40,155 nt of DNA, from IMG/VR virus record IMGVR_UViG_2541047888_000009, one strand, 5' to 3'. Below are positions 18,625 to 27,237 of the stretch, piece by piece. The number at the start of each line of letters is the position of its first letter. Position 1 is the first letter of the stretch. Source of the stretch: a virus. Lineage: Duplodnaviria > Heunggongvirae > Uroviricota > Caudoviricetes. Below the pieces are notes generated by a model that made no database searches, was not told the origin of the DNA, and saw only the letters and a list, made by a program, of their open reading frames with translations. The position numbers and the translations under genes were made by a program.

Positions 18625-18960
18625 TTACACGCCCAGTTCTTTGCGCTTATCTGCGATTTTCTCGCGAAGCGTTTCGGCTTTGGCGTTATGGTGCGGCTTC
18701 TCGTTAAAGAGCAGTTCATACTCTTCGCGGATCTTATCCAGATCGCCATCTTCGGCTGCATCGTTGATGGGTTTGGCACTGGTTACGGTTTCTGCTGCTT
18801 TACCTGTAACCTTTGCTTTCGCCGCCTTCGCTGCATCGTTGATGGGCTCCAGTGCACTACCTGGCTCGCCGTCGTATTCAATTTCAGAGCCCTCCGGCCA
18901 CAGGTTATTGTGGATATGAGAGAGGCGCAGAACGCGGTACTTCGGTTTCTCACCTGACAT
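18625..18960 (-). CDS. Small capsid-associated protein (111 aa), possible decoration/staple protein
   Basis: Position just downstream of the capsid gene; Lys/Ala-rich repeated segment (PINDAAKAAKAK...PINDAAEDG). Confidence 0.5.
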   Translation of the reverse strand: MSGEKPKYRVLRLSHIHNNLWPEGSEIEYDGEPGSALEPINDAAKAAKAKVTGKAAETVTSAKPINDAAEDGDLDKIREEYELLFNEKPHHNAKAETLREKIADKRKELGV

Positions 18961-18970
18961 CGATATCCCC

Positions 18971-19408
18971 TTAGCCGGTTACTTTGGAGCGGATCGGATA
19001 CGGCGTATTTGCATCAACATCCAGGTTAATGCCGGAAGTGAATTTGCCGGCCGTTAGTGGGCCAGTTGCGACGGAGTAGTTAACACGCAGATATCGCTGA
19101 ACACCGGCAGGCACCTTTGCAGAAACAACTCGTTTACCTGCTGTCAGGGTAGCCTTTGCCAGTGCGCCACTATCATAAATAGTGGACCATGAGCTGTTAT
19201 TCTCACTCGTCTGCAACTGGATGTTTACAGTTGCCTCACCACTTGCCGTGGCGGCTTCGTTAACCAGCGCCCAAAACTCAAGCGGGTAACCCACGCCGAT
19301 ATCGCGACGATTTCCATCAATTGGACCGAGATCGATTACGTCAGTAGAAGCCGCGGTATCAGTTACCGCCTGTGCTTCGGAGAACATCAACAGTTTGTCG
19401 GTGATCAT
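18971..19408 (-). CDS. Capsid-associated protein (145 aa)
   Basis: Immediately downstream of the major capsid gene; beta-rich Thr/Ser/Val composition. Confidence 0.5.
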   Translation of the reverse strand: MITDKLLMFSEAQAVTDTAASTDVIDLGPIDGNRRDIGVGYPLEFWALVNEAATASGEATVNIQLQTSENNSSWSTIYDSGALAKATLTAGKRVVSAKVPAGVQRYLRVNYSVATGPLTAGKFTSGINLDVDANTPYPIRSKVTG

Positions 19409-19459
19409 CTTCTTTCTCCATTAGTGGGTCTGTTACGACCCACTGGTTAATAACAGGCG

Positions 19460-20452
19460 TTACACCACACGGGCTTCTGTTTCCAGAAGCGCATCAGTTT
19501 CACGGATTGGTACACCACGGAATGAAGTCCACCACTCGCCTTCTGTCTCTTTTACGCTGATCGCCAGAGATGTTTTCTCCAGAGATTGCAGATCAAGAGC
19601 CTGGCCTACAGTGCGGTTCATGTAGAACACCGGGCGACCCATTCCACGGTTTGGAATGCGATGCAGTGCTTTAACCATCAACTTCGCAATATTTGCGGCA
19701 GAGGAAGGTTCTGAAAGATTGCTGACATCGATGTTTGCAATGCGAACAACATAACGCCAGTCACGCAGAGCAAGTCCGTTGTCCCATTTGTAATGGGTGC
19801 GATAGCCTTCGTACTTGCCGCCATTAGCATCTTCCAGTGTCACCTGGCCTTTATCTTCCATCTGGATGCCAGCCTTCTGCCCTTTCGGGAAGATGCCATG
19901 CACGGTGTTTTCGCCCCACACCACTAACCAGATTGAGGTGTTATCTGTACCCGTGCCACCAGCATCAATGATGTTCTGAGCATTACCCGCAGACAGGCTG
20001 GAATAGCGGGAGGACAGTCCCATAAACTGCTGAGGGTTAACGCTGGAATCACCATAAAACAGTGTCTGCGCCATCTGCTGATTCATCGCTTCAATAAATG
20101 CGCGGTCTTCAGACAGGCGGAATTCGGCGGTATTACCGTTCAGATCAGCCAGTGACTTATCGACTTCAGCATAGGTTTCCAGCATGCCAACGTAATCGGT
20201 GACCTGCACTGTGGTTGATTTGCTTGGCTGTACGCCATAGTTCAGCAAACGCCAGGTAGCTGAAGGTAAACCAGAACGAATGGTGGTTCGGTGTCCGGTA
20301 GGAAGGTTCCCTTCGACAAAAGGCATATCCTGAAGGATCGGGTTAGTTTGACCGAGAAGCTCGATAATCTTATCGACTTTCCCGTTTGGATCGACGCGCT
20401 TACCCCAGTCAGCCAGCGTTAGCGCAGTTAAGCCTTTAACAGACATTGTCAT
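19460..20452 (-). CDS. Major capsid protein
   Basis: 330 aa, directly after the scaffold-like gene and before small head proteins; a hairpin follows the stop. Assignment by position and composition. Confidence 0.75.
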   Translation of the reverse strand: MTMSVKGLTALTLADWGKRVDPNGKVDKIIELLGQTNPILQDMPFVEGNLPTGHRTTIRSGLPSATWRLLNYGVQPSKSTTVQVTDYVGMLETYAEVDKSLADLNGNTAEFRLSEDRAFIEAMNQQMAQTLFYGDSSVNPQQFMGLSSRYSSLSAGNAQNIIDAGGTGTDNTSIWLVVWGENTVHGIFPKGQKAGIQMEDKGQVTLEDANGGKYEGYRTHYKWDNGLALRDWRYVVRIANIDVSNLSEPSSAANIAKLMVKALHRIPNRGMGRPVFYMNRTVGQALDLQSLEKTSLAISVKETEGEWWTSFRGVPIRETDALLETEARVV

Positions 20453-20460
20453 TTCCTCTC

Positions 20461-21162
20461 TTATTTGCCATAGAGCACTTCGGCCGCACTACGCTGGCCT
20501 TCATTACCACCGGTGACCATGCCATCTTCAGACATCGCCTTTCCGATTTTCACGAACGTTTTGACCAGATCAGGGTGATTACCCAGCCCGGTGGTGTTCA
20601 GATATTCTTTGAGTTCAGGTGTCCCGAACTGGTCAAGCGCACGCTGTGCGGCGCTAAGGTTAGAAATCAACTTGTCGCCACCGATTTCTTTGTCAGCTTT
20701 TACATCCGCAGCCCACTGCTCGGTTGTTTTCTGCCAGGCTTCTGCCTGGCGCTGCTGAACACCTGCCAGAATCTTCGGATAAGCATCAACCAGCTTTTGC
20801 GCTTGCTCGTTGGTCAGGTTTAGTTCTCGCGCCACCGGCTCGAATTCCTTCAACGCTTCTGTATCCAGCTCTACGCCTTCGGCAGCCTGAAACTCGTACT
20901 TCTCAGGCGCACCATCTGGTTTATCGCCGTCCTTTTTTTCATCCTGCTTATCGTTTTCAGGCTTTTTGTCATCAGCAGGTTTATCGCCATCAGCAACAGG
21001 TTGTGGCTTATCACCTTCCGGTTGTGATGGATCACCAACTGGAGCAGGGTTATCACCTGCAGGCGCTGACGGTTCTGACGCAGCCGGAGCTGCTCCACCA
21101 TCGACTGGTTGCTCATTGCAAAGACGGCGATACAGCAAACGCTCAAATAAATTCATGATCAC
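20461..21162 (-). CDS. Scaffolding-like protein (acidic, Pro/Asp/Lys-rich N-terminus)
   Basis: 233 aa between portal and capsid genes; low-complexity acidic N-terminal half (GDKPQPVADGDKPADDKKPENDKQDEKKDGDKPDG). Confidence 0.55.
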   Translation of the reverse strand: MIMNLFERLLYRRLCNEQPVDGGAAPAASEPSAPAGDNPAPVGDPSQPEGDKPQPVADGDKPADDKKPENDKQDEKKDGDKPDGAPEKYEFQAAEGVELDTEALKEFEPVARELNLTNEQAQKLVDAYPKILAGVQQRQAEAWQKTTEQWAADVKADKEIGGDKLISNLSAAQRALDQFGTPELKEYLNTTGLGNHPDLVKTFVKIGKAMSEDGMVTGGNEGQRSAAEVLYGK

Positions 21163-21455
21163 TCCTGTTCACTGGCCTCTTTGGCCATCTTCAAATACTG
21201 TTCAGGGCAATGCGCCATAACGCGCTGAAACAGTTCCAGCGCCAGATTGCGTTGCCCCTCATTAAATGCCATTGCCATAGCGTCCATCGGTGAGATAGCG
21301 GAAAACACACGGCCTTTCTCCAGCACCGACCAGACAACGCGACGCCCCTGTTCACTGCTCATGACAAAGCGAATGTCATCAATTTCACGCTGTGCCATGT
21401 CACGTTGCTTACGGGCGTTTTCTTCTTTCAGTTGATCATCTTCGTAATCTGTCAT
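21159..21455 (-). CDS. Small head-module protein (98 aa), unknown function
   Basis: Sits between portal and scaffold genes with overlapping stop/start. Confidence 0.5.
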   Translation of the reverse strand: MTDYEDDQLKEENARKQRDMAQREIDDIRFVMSSEQGRRVVWSVLEKGRVFSAISPMDAMAMAFNEGQRNLALELFQRVMAHCPEQYLKMAKEASEQE

Positions 21456-23131
21456 TGTGATTGCCCACCCTGACCACTAACTGCATTCGCCATAGCTGAC
21501 AAAACACTCGGATCCGAAGTTTTAGCTTCGCTTAGCGTCTTGGCGCCCTGTGCCGCCGCCATTCCCATCGCCATCATTTGTTGCTGCTGTTGCTGCTGTG
21601 CCCGTTGCTGGCGAGCCTGCTCAACCTGTTCCTGCGGAACAATGACGGTTGGAGACACTCCGGACATATCAGCGAATGCATCGATCGCCTGATCAACATT
21701 GAGTTTGTCGAGAGCTTCTGGTTTCGCTTGCGCAAGTTGACCAATGAAGTTGACCGTAGACGCCAGACTGGACAGGCCGATAGACTTCTGCGCCTGAGCC
21801 ATGACGGAAATGTATTCGACCTTCAGGGGCATACCTTCCATCGCGTCAGGCGGTGGCGGCAGCATGTTTTTACGCACCATCATCGAGAAAGCGCGGTCAA
21901 TGAGAGGATTAAGACATTCGTCGTTCAGACGCTCCAGAACCGGCCCCAACATCAGAAGTTTTTCTTCTTTCATTTCGATCACCGCTTCAACAGGCATCGA
22001 GCGGGTATTGATGTTCTGCAACATCATGAACAGATCGACAAAGTAGGCGCTGTTAATGATTTGACGAGTGTCCTGAATGTCTGCCACCAAATCTGCTGTA
22101 CTGGGGTTAACCAGATAAGCAGGCCTGAAGCCATCCTGACCAGTAATCTGATCGATATACGTGATGTCGCCAGGAAGAAGGGAGGCGCGCTGATTCTTGA
22201 GGGAAGTCGGAGCAACCATCGGCGGATTGGTGGCTTTATCAATCAACTGCGACTTGCGCTTCTGGAGAAGCTGCAATGCCTTAACAGGTCCAAGCGCCAG
22301 CATACCCGGGCATGATGATCCATAAACATCTTCGCCGTTAACTTCCCAGCGCGGAGCCATAATTGGAAACTCATCGAATCCGGACTCACGCAACAACTTG
22401 TCGTTATCTCCACCAACCTCGTAATAAACCGATTTGAATGGCTTGTTCTTGCTATCCAGCTTCGATGTATCGCGGTCAATGTTCGGGTAAACCGAATGCA
22501 TCACTTCGATCCACTTCTCGTAGGTGCCGCTTTCCCACATGCTTTTTACGGATTCGCTGACGTTATTTAGCCCGAACTCCTGAACAAGCTGACGAACAGT
22601 CATAGAGAACTTGCGAAAACAGGTGTCAACACTGCCACGAGGTGAGTTAGCCAGGTAGTAACTGCCTATCGGGAATGGCATTGTGCGAATGATGTCCTCG
22701 TCATCCTCCAGCACTGCCATTGCACCAGTGCTGTATGTGCCGAGGCTTCCGTATAACTGCGGAAGAGACTGGTAGAGATTCGACTTATTGAACATATCGT
22801 TCATGCGGTTCTGAACTGCCTCAAGCCACAACTTAACAGGGCCATAATCCATCATTTCAGGATCTGGCGTAGCCAGGCGAAACCACGGACGCGCAGGGCT
22901 TGTGATGCCTGACATCATGCCGCTGGCGAGAGTGCGCGCCGCCATAGTCCCGGTCGAATCAATAATGCGTGTATTGCGTCGATCGTTACGGTTGACCTCA
23001 GAAGTCAGAAAGCGGGAACCACGCGGGTTGATGTAATCACTCAACTCGCGCCAGTGCGGCTCGAACGACTGACGCTCGCTTTCAAGTTGTGCGAACTGTT
23101 TGTTCAATCGCTCTTTAGTTGTTTCCGCCAT
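21452..23131 (-). CDS. Portal protein
   Basis: 559 aa, first gene of the head module; poly-Gln C-terminal tail (QQRAQQQQQQQ). Confidence 0.8.
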   Translation of the reverse strand: MAETTKERLNKQFAQLESERQSFEPHWRELSDYINPRGSRFLTSEVNRNDRRNTRIIDSTGTMAARTLASGMMSGITSPARPWFRLATPDPEMMDYGPVKLWLEAVQNRMNDMFNKSNLYQSLPQLYGSLGTYSTGAMAVLEDDEDIIRTMPFPIGSYYLANSPRGSVDTCFRKFSMTVRQLVQEFGLNNVSESVKSMWESGTYEKWIEVMHSVYPNIDRDTSKLDSKNKPFKSVYYEVGGDNDKLLRESGFDEFPIMAPRWEVNGEDVYGSSCPGMLALGPVKALQLLQKRKSQLIDKATNPPMVAPTSLKNQRASLLPGDITYIDQITGQDGFRPAYLVNPSTADLVADIQDTRQIINSAYFVDLFMMLQNINTRSMPVEAVIEMKEEKLLMLGPVLERLNDECLNPLIDRAFSMMVRKNMLPPPPDAMEGMPLKVEYISVMAQAQKSIGLSSLASTVNFIGQLAQAKPEALDKLNVDQAIDAFADMSGVSPTVIVPQEQVEQARQQRAQQQQQQQMMAMGMAAAQGAKTLSEAKTSDPSVLSAMANAVSGQGGQSQ

Positions 23132-23145
23132 TTCAATGACTCCGG

Positions 23146-23352
23146 TTACTGACCAAGCAGCGTTTTACCGCTGGTATTAGCGGTTGATGTGTCGCCCTGA
23201 GAACCGGTAAGCAGCGTAGAACTACGACCAGCAGCAGCGCGACGGCGACGTGTTTCTTCGTCGCGGGCATCAACAACGGCGGCATCCTGCTCCTGTGGTG
23301 CTGCCTGAACTTCTGGTGTTGCAGGCACTGATGGTGAGCTACCCATGCACAT
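23146..23352 (-). CDS. Small Ser/Thr/Arg-rich protein upstream of portal
   Basis: ATG with GGAG RBS 8 nt upstream; 68 aa; low complexity. Confidence 0.4.
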   Translation of the reverse strand: MCMGSSPSVPATPEVQAAPQEQDAAVVDARDEETRRRRAAAGRSSTLLTGSQGDTSTANTSGKTLLGQ

Positions 23353-23420
23353 ATCAATGACTCCGTACGCAATTAAATCATTACCAATTTAACCACATAT
23401 GATTTATTTATCGTAGAATG

Positions 23421-23457
23421 TTGACATTTAACGCGTGAATTATTACCTTTCAGGTAA
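23421..23457 (+). promoter_or_regulatory. Candidate moron promoter: -35 TTGACA (23421..23426), 17-bp spacer, -10-like TACCTT inside an operator palindrome (23443..23457, TTACCTTTCAGGTAA)
   Basis: Consensus -35 hexamer; the -10 candidate coincides with the left half-site of the repressor operator motif. Confidence 0.4.
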
Positions 23458-23779
23458 CTAAAGAGCTCATTCTGGTTACTAACCTGACTGGCTTGTCGTT
23501 AAATTAAACAGGTGGAGTGAGCTTTTATTTTGAGCAGTACGGCGTATGGCACATGCGCCGATAGCGGTCTGGATACGTTTAAGGGGCACCCTCCCTTGCT
23601 CGGGCAAACGAACCAGGTAGCCGGAATGTGCAAGTCGAGCGGTTTTATTCCGCGCACGGGGATTCACCATCCCGGCGATTCGGTGTGACGCCTCGGAAGA
23701 GACGAGGGTACAACGATGAGAGCATTTATGGAGCCGCGACAAAGTGTGGCGCCTTAACAGGCTAAGTGCTCTCAGCGTT

Positions 23780-23856
23780 GTGGCATTAGCTCAGTCGGAC
23801 AGAGCAACCGCCTTCTAAGCGGTTGGTCGCAGGTTCGAATCCTGCATGCCACGCCA
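23780..23856 (+). tRNA. tRNA-Arg (anticodon UCU, reads AGA)
   Basis: Full cloverleaf folded by hand: acceptor GTGGCAT/ATGCCAC, D-arm GCTC-AGTCGGACA-GAGC, anticodon arm ACCGC-CTTCTAA-GCGGT, T-arm GCAGG-TTCGAAT-CCTGC, discriminator G, encoded CCA. Confidence 0.85.
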
Positions 23857-23899
23857 GAATCACGCCTAAGGACCGTGATGCCAGAAGTTCCAGGGGCTT

Positions 23900-23942
23900 G
23901 GCGGTGATGGTTTCCCTTGAAGGACTATCACCGCCCTTTTTA
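23900..23942 (+). terminator. Hairpin plus T-run downstream of the tRNA
   Basis: GGCGGTGAT ... ATCACCGCC (9-bp stem, long loop) followed by CTTTTTA. Confidence 0.45.
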
Positions 23943-24019
23943 CAGCAGGACGCCATTGCGATGACTTCATGCTGTAAACCCGTACAGCCACGGAAGGCAT
24001 AACTCATTGCTTCCAGTTC

Positions 24020-24043
24020 GCCCGGTTCGCCGGGCATTTTTTT
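24020..24043 (+). terminator. Strong intrinsic-terminator-like hairpin immediately upstream of the gp49-like gene RBS
   Basis: GCCCGG-TTCG-CCGGGC followed by ATTTTTTT; the AAGGTGA RBS and the ATG at 24055 follow directly. Confidence 0.5.
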
Positions 24044-24054
24044 AAGGTGAGATT

Positions 24055-24426
24055 ATGAACGACAAGCAAATCGAAAAAGAAATCGTTGAGAAAGGCAAAA
24101 CGGCACCGCGCGTTACGCCAGACCATATCGAAGGCATTATTGCTCAGGAGGCATATTTCACAGCAGAAGATGGTGCCTTTGGCAAAGCCATAAAAGCGAA
24201 ACATACTGGCGGAGAGGTAAACTACCAGCCGCACGAATCACTTTCTCTGCTGACGTTCTGCGTCCTGGTGCTGCGCAACGGCTTCACCGTCACCGGAGAG
24301 AGCGCCTGTGCAAGCCCGGAAAACTTTGATGCAGAAATTGGTCGGAAGATTGCCCGGCAGAATGCTGTAAACAAAATCTGGATGCTCGAAGGTTACTTGC
24401 TGAAGCAGAAGCTAAGCGAGCAATAA
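24055..24426 (+). CDS. Moron protein, probably of the phage gp49-like family (N4 Gp49 / Sf6 gene 66)
   Basis: 123 aa, opposite strand to the flanking terminase and portal genes; AAGGTGA RBS; segment TAEDGAFGKAIKAKHTGGEVNYQPHESLSLLTFCVLVLRNGFTVTGESACASPENFDAEIGRKIARQNA resembles that family. Family from memory. Confidence 0.6.
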   Translation: MNDKQIEKEIVEKGKTAPRVTPDHIEGIIAQEAYFTAEDGAFGKAIKAKHTGGEVNYQPHESLSLLTFCVLVLRNGFTVTGESACASPENFDAEIGRKIARQNAVNKIWMLEGYLLKQKLSEQ

Positions 24427-24430
24427 CACC

Positions 24431-24442
24431 GTGACATGTCAC
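24431..24442. repeat. 12-bp perfect palindrome GTGACATGTCAC, copy 2 of 3
   Basis: Exact repeat, 5 bp after the stop of the gp49-like gene and just before its terminator hairpin. Confidence 0.8.
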
Positions 24443-24446
24443 AAAC

Positions 24447-24474
24447 AGCCAGCCTATGAGCTGGCTTTGTTTTA
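24447..24474 (+). terminator. Rho-independent terminator of the tRNA/gp49-like moron
   Basis: AGCCAGC-CTATGA-GCTGGCT followed by TTGTTTT. Confidence 0.65.
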
Positions 24475-24516
24475 TCCTCATCAGAGGATATCAACGACAT
24501 TATCCCCACCAGCGGA

Positions 24517-25992
24517 TTAAGCATAGGGATCGTAATCTGTGATGGCCTTGCCTTGCTGGTTCTGCTGCCCGGGAATTCGCAGACGCTTCGACACAGGGAA
24601 CGCAAACGTCAGCAGTAGCGCATCGCCTTTACCAGGCGAACGCCCAAGCCGCTCCTTGATATCTTCCTTCGGTTCGATAACGATTTTACCGTCCACTCGA
24701 ACTTTGTACTCTGCCGCCGACAGATCGTCCGCTGTTTCCTGGTCATCCAGCATCCCTCCCAGCCTCAGCCATGTCTTGCATGAGTTGAACATCTCCCCAC
24801 GCTTGTTGAGCATCTGCTGGTCAGTAGACGCGCCACCGAACGGAACAAGTTGCCATGTACGACCCCAGCCGTCACCGATTGACTTCAAACCGGTTCCGTA
24901 ACCGAAGTCGATGAACACCGCGTCAGCCTGATACTGGTCTTCAAAGTCAGCGATACGCTTCGCCATAATCAGATCGTCGGTAGTCTTGTTGCCAGTCCAC
25001 AGCACCTTACTGTGTAGCCCCTGCCGCAGGTATATCACAGCGTCATCAACGCCGGAGTATGCCGGGTCAACGCCGATTATCACCGGAGCATGTGCAACCT
25101 GCGCAGCGGTGACCACCCGTTTCATTGCCTCGTCAGTAAGTCCGGTAGGGATAAACTGCAATTCAGATGCATCCGGGAATATGCCGCGCACACGGATTTT
25201 AACGAAGTCGCTGTCTTCCCCGTAGTCATCAACCCATTTCTGCAACTGCTGTTTGTTAGTGCCTTCCACCGTCCGGCTGTCAATCTGCGCAGTTTTCCAG
25301 CGGTGTTTATATTTGCGGAAACATTCGCGGAAACGCCCGGTGTTACGTGTAGGGTTTCCGAACGCCACCCAGATAATCTCAGTGTCTTCGTCCGTAAGCG
25401 CACCCTCAGCAACTTCCCACACCAGATCCGCAATGTTCGACGCTTCATCGAATACCACGATGATGCGTTTGCGCTCGTTGTGTAGTCCGGCGAATGCCTC
25501 AGTGTTGTGCTCAGACCAGGGGATTGCGTCAGCTCGCCACCGCTTGTCGTGCCCAGGATCATTGCTGTACATCGCGGTAGCGGTACAGGTAAACCAGTCT
25601 TTCGTGATAGCAAGGTTCGACCACTTGATAATTTCCGGCCAGGTCTTCGTTCGTAGCTGGTTGTCGGTGTTGGCGGTCACCACGACCTTACAATCCTCGC
25701 AAGTGGACATGCCCCAGTTGATCAGCATTGAGATGAATGCGGATTTACCAATACCGTGACCAGAAGCGCGTGCCAGCATAAGCGGCTGATAGCGCGTCGC
25801 TGGATTCTGCAGGTGATCACGTATCTCTCGGAACGCATCAGCCTGCCACTGACGTGGGCCGGTAGCATGTGCCAGTTCAGTCCCTTCTTCCCCCCACGGG
25901 AACGCATAGAGGGCATAGCCAAGCGGATCGTGAGTGAACCCTGCAATATCCTCGATCAACTGCTCTTCAGGAGATAACGCTGTATCTGTCAC
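24517..25992 (-). CDS. Terminase large subunit
   Basis: 491 aa; Walker A-like ARASGHGIGKS; acidic nuclease-type C-terminal half; start overlaps the small-subunit stop. Confidence 0.85.
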   Translation of the reverse strand: MTDTALSPEEQLIEDIAGFTHDPLGYALYAFPWGEEGTELAHATGPRQWQADAFREIRDHLQNPATRYQPLMLARASGHGIGKSAFISMLINWGMSTCEDCKVVVTANTDNQLRTKTWPEIIKWSNLAITKDWFTCTATAMYSNDPGHDKRWRADAIPWSEHNTEAFAGLHNERKRIIVVFDEASNIADLVWEVAEGALTDEDTEIIWVAFGNPTRNTGRFRECFRKYKHRWKTAQIDSRTVEGTNKQQLQKWVDDYGEDSDFVKIRVRGIFPDASELQFIPTGLTDEAMKRVVTAAQVAHAPVIIGVDPAYSGVDDAVIYLRQGLHSKVLWTGNKTTDDLIMAKRIADFEDQYQADAVFIDFGYGTGLKSIGDGWGRTWQLVPFGGASTDQQMLNKRGEMFNSCKTWLRLGGMLDDQETADDLSAAEYKVRVDGKIVIEPKEDIKERLGRSPGKGDALLLTFAFPVSKRLRIPGQQNQQGKAITDYDPYA

Positions 25993-26588
25993 TGATTGCC
26001 ATCCTGACGTTCTTTCAGTCTCTTCCTGGCTGCCGCTATGCGATCAGCAATTGTCACATTCACATTAACATCCAGGCGTTCTTTGAACGCGTTGACATCA
26101 ACATGCTTACCAATCAGCTCAAGGTTCTTCACCTTGTCAGGCCATTTAATTTTTTTGAGGATTGTCTCTATCGAATCCTCGTTCATGTTCATGATGGTCG
26201 ATGACAGATCAAAGCCGCTAAGCGTAGTGCGCCAGATTTTCGGCCACTCACGGATTGGTTTAAGGCTCCCATCGTCGTTGAGGATGTCGATCACGTCCAT
26301 CTGGTCGATCTCCACCAGGCGCATGAGAACGTAATCAGCACTGACGCGCATTCGTTTGTTGCGCTCCTCCATCAACTCGGCAATCCGTTTTTGAATGCGT
26401 TCATCGCGCATCATGACACTGGCTTTAACTGCCGCTGTATTTGGGGAGAATCCTGCGTTAATCGCTGCCTGAGTCTGGTTTTCAGGCGTTTTGATGTATG
26501 ACTGGCAATAAGCCTCCTGCATTGCTGTTAGTGGCTTAAATTGCGTTGATTTGCGTTTATAGGTTTTAGGTTCAGCAGGCATCATAAC
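25989..26588 (-). CDS. Terminase small subunit
   Basis: Immediately upstream of and overlapping the large subunit; segment LTAMQEAYCQSYIKTPENQTQAAINAGFSPNTAAVKASVMM matches the small-terminase pattern. Start at internal Met assumed. Confidence 0.7.
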   Translation of the reverse strand, partial: VMMPAEPKTYKRKSTQFKPLTAMQEAYCQSYIKTPENQTQAAINAGFSPNTAAVKASVMMRDERIQKRIAELMEERNKRMRVSADYVLMRLVEIDQMDVIDILNDDGSLKPIREWPKIWRTTLSGFDLSSTIMNMNEDSIETILKKIKWPDKVKNLELIGKHVDVNAFKERLDVNVNVTIADRIAAARKRLKERQDGNQ

Positions 26589-26659
26589 CACCGTGGTAAT
26601 AGTTACCGTTGTGGTAATAGTACCATGCAAAATAAAGCCGCCATAGTTGGCGGCAGTAT

Positions 26660-26872
26660 TCAAAGTCCATCAAATTCATCGTAAAAACTCTCGTCAAGAT
26701 ACCCTTCCCATTTACCGCGAATGAAAATTACATCCTCGCCGCAAGGGTGCTGACTGTCGATAACTATATCCCTCCTGGCGCAACCATACTTATGCATGAG
26801 AAATTTAACCTCTTTCGGAAAATTTGCTGAGTTATCTCTCATATCTTCAAGGTCGTAGCGTATTTTTGGCAT
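26660..26872 (-). CDS. Small hypothetical protein upstream of the terminase genes
   Basis: ATG at 26872 (MPKIRYDLEDM...); the listed ORF extends to a GTG inside the 12-bp palindrome, which is unlikely to be the true start. Confidence 0.45.
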   Translation of the reverse strand: MPKIRYDLEDMRDNSANFPKEVKFLMHKYGCARRDIVIDSQHPCGEDVIFIRGKWEGYLDESFYDEFDGL

Positions 26873-26881
26873 AACACCTTC

Positions 26882-26893
26882 GTGACATGTCAC
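26882..26893. repeat. 12-bp perfect palindrome GTGACATGTCAC, copy 3 of 3
   Basis: Exact repeat in the gap between the Zn-ribbon gene (stop 26890) and the small gene starting at 26872. Confidence 0.8.
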
Positions 26894-27237
26894 ACTATTA
26901 ATTTCGTTTCATGCCAGCCTTTAGTCACCCAGCATTGCGAGTCACCATTACACGGGCATGAATTAACGGGAACTCTCTCGCCGCACTTACCGCAAAGTTT
27001 TCTGCTGATCGATTTTATACGCCCGCGCACACGTGCATCATCCTGGCGGATCAGCAGCGCGATGTACTCGGCCATTTCATAGGGATCGCGACCAGGGCGC
27101 CGGGCGGCGCAGTTCCGCGCCAGCATTTCCTGCTCCTGCTTATCCAGCACCAGTTCAATTTTGCGCTCACCGGCGGCGGACTGCCGAGCGCGCTGCGCGG
27201 CTTTGCGTTCTGCGGGGGATTTAGCCACGAATCGCAC
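26890..27237 (-). CDS. Cys-rich (zinc-ribbon-like) basic protein; possible late-gene regulator
   Basis: 115 aa; basic N-terminus (KAAQRARQSAAGERK) and cluster CGKCGERVPVNSCPCNGDSQC; last sizeable gene before the terminase operon. Confidence 0.5.
   Translation of the reverse strand: MRFVAKSPAERKAAQRARQSAAGERKIELVLDKQEQEMLARNCAARRPGRDPYEMAEYIALLIRQDDARVRGRIKSISRKLCGKCGERVPVNSCPCNGDSQCWVTKGWHETKLIV

Noticed and set aside
23479-23742. 87-aa minus-strand ORF in the interval upstream of the tRNA
   Set aside because: No RBS, Arg/Ser-rich low-complexity translation, and it overlaps a region that looks more like structured noncoding DNA.
26882-27082. Plus-strand ORF 26882..27082 and the GTG-initiated extension of 26660..26893
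   Set aside because: Both begin at the GTG inside the 12-bp palindrome, an artefact of the palindrome containing GTG on both strands; the true gene probably starts at ATG 26872.
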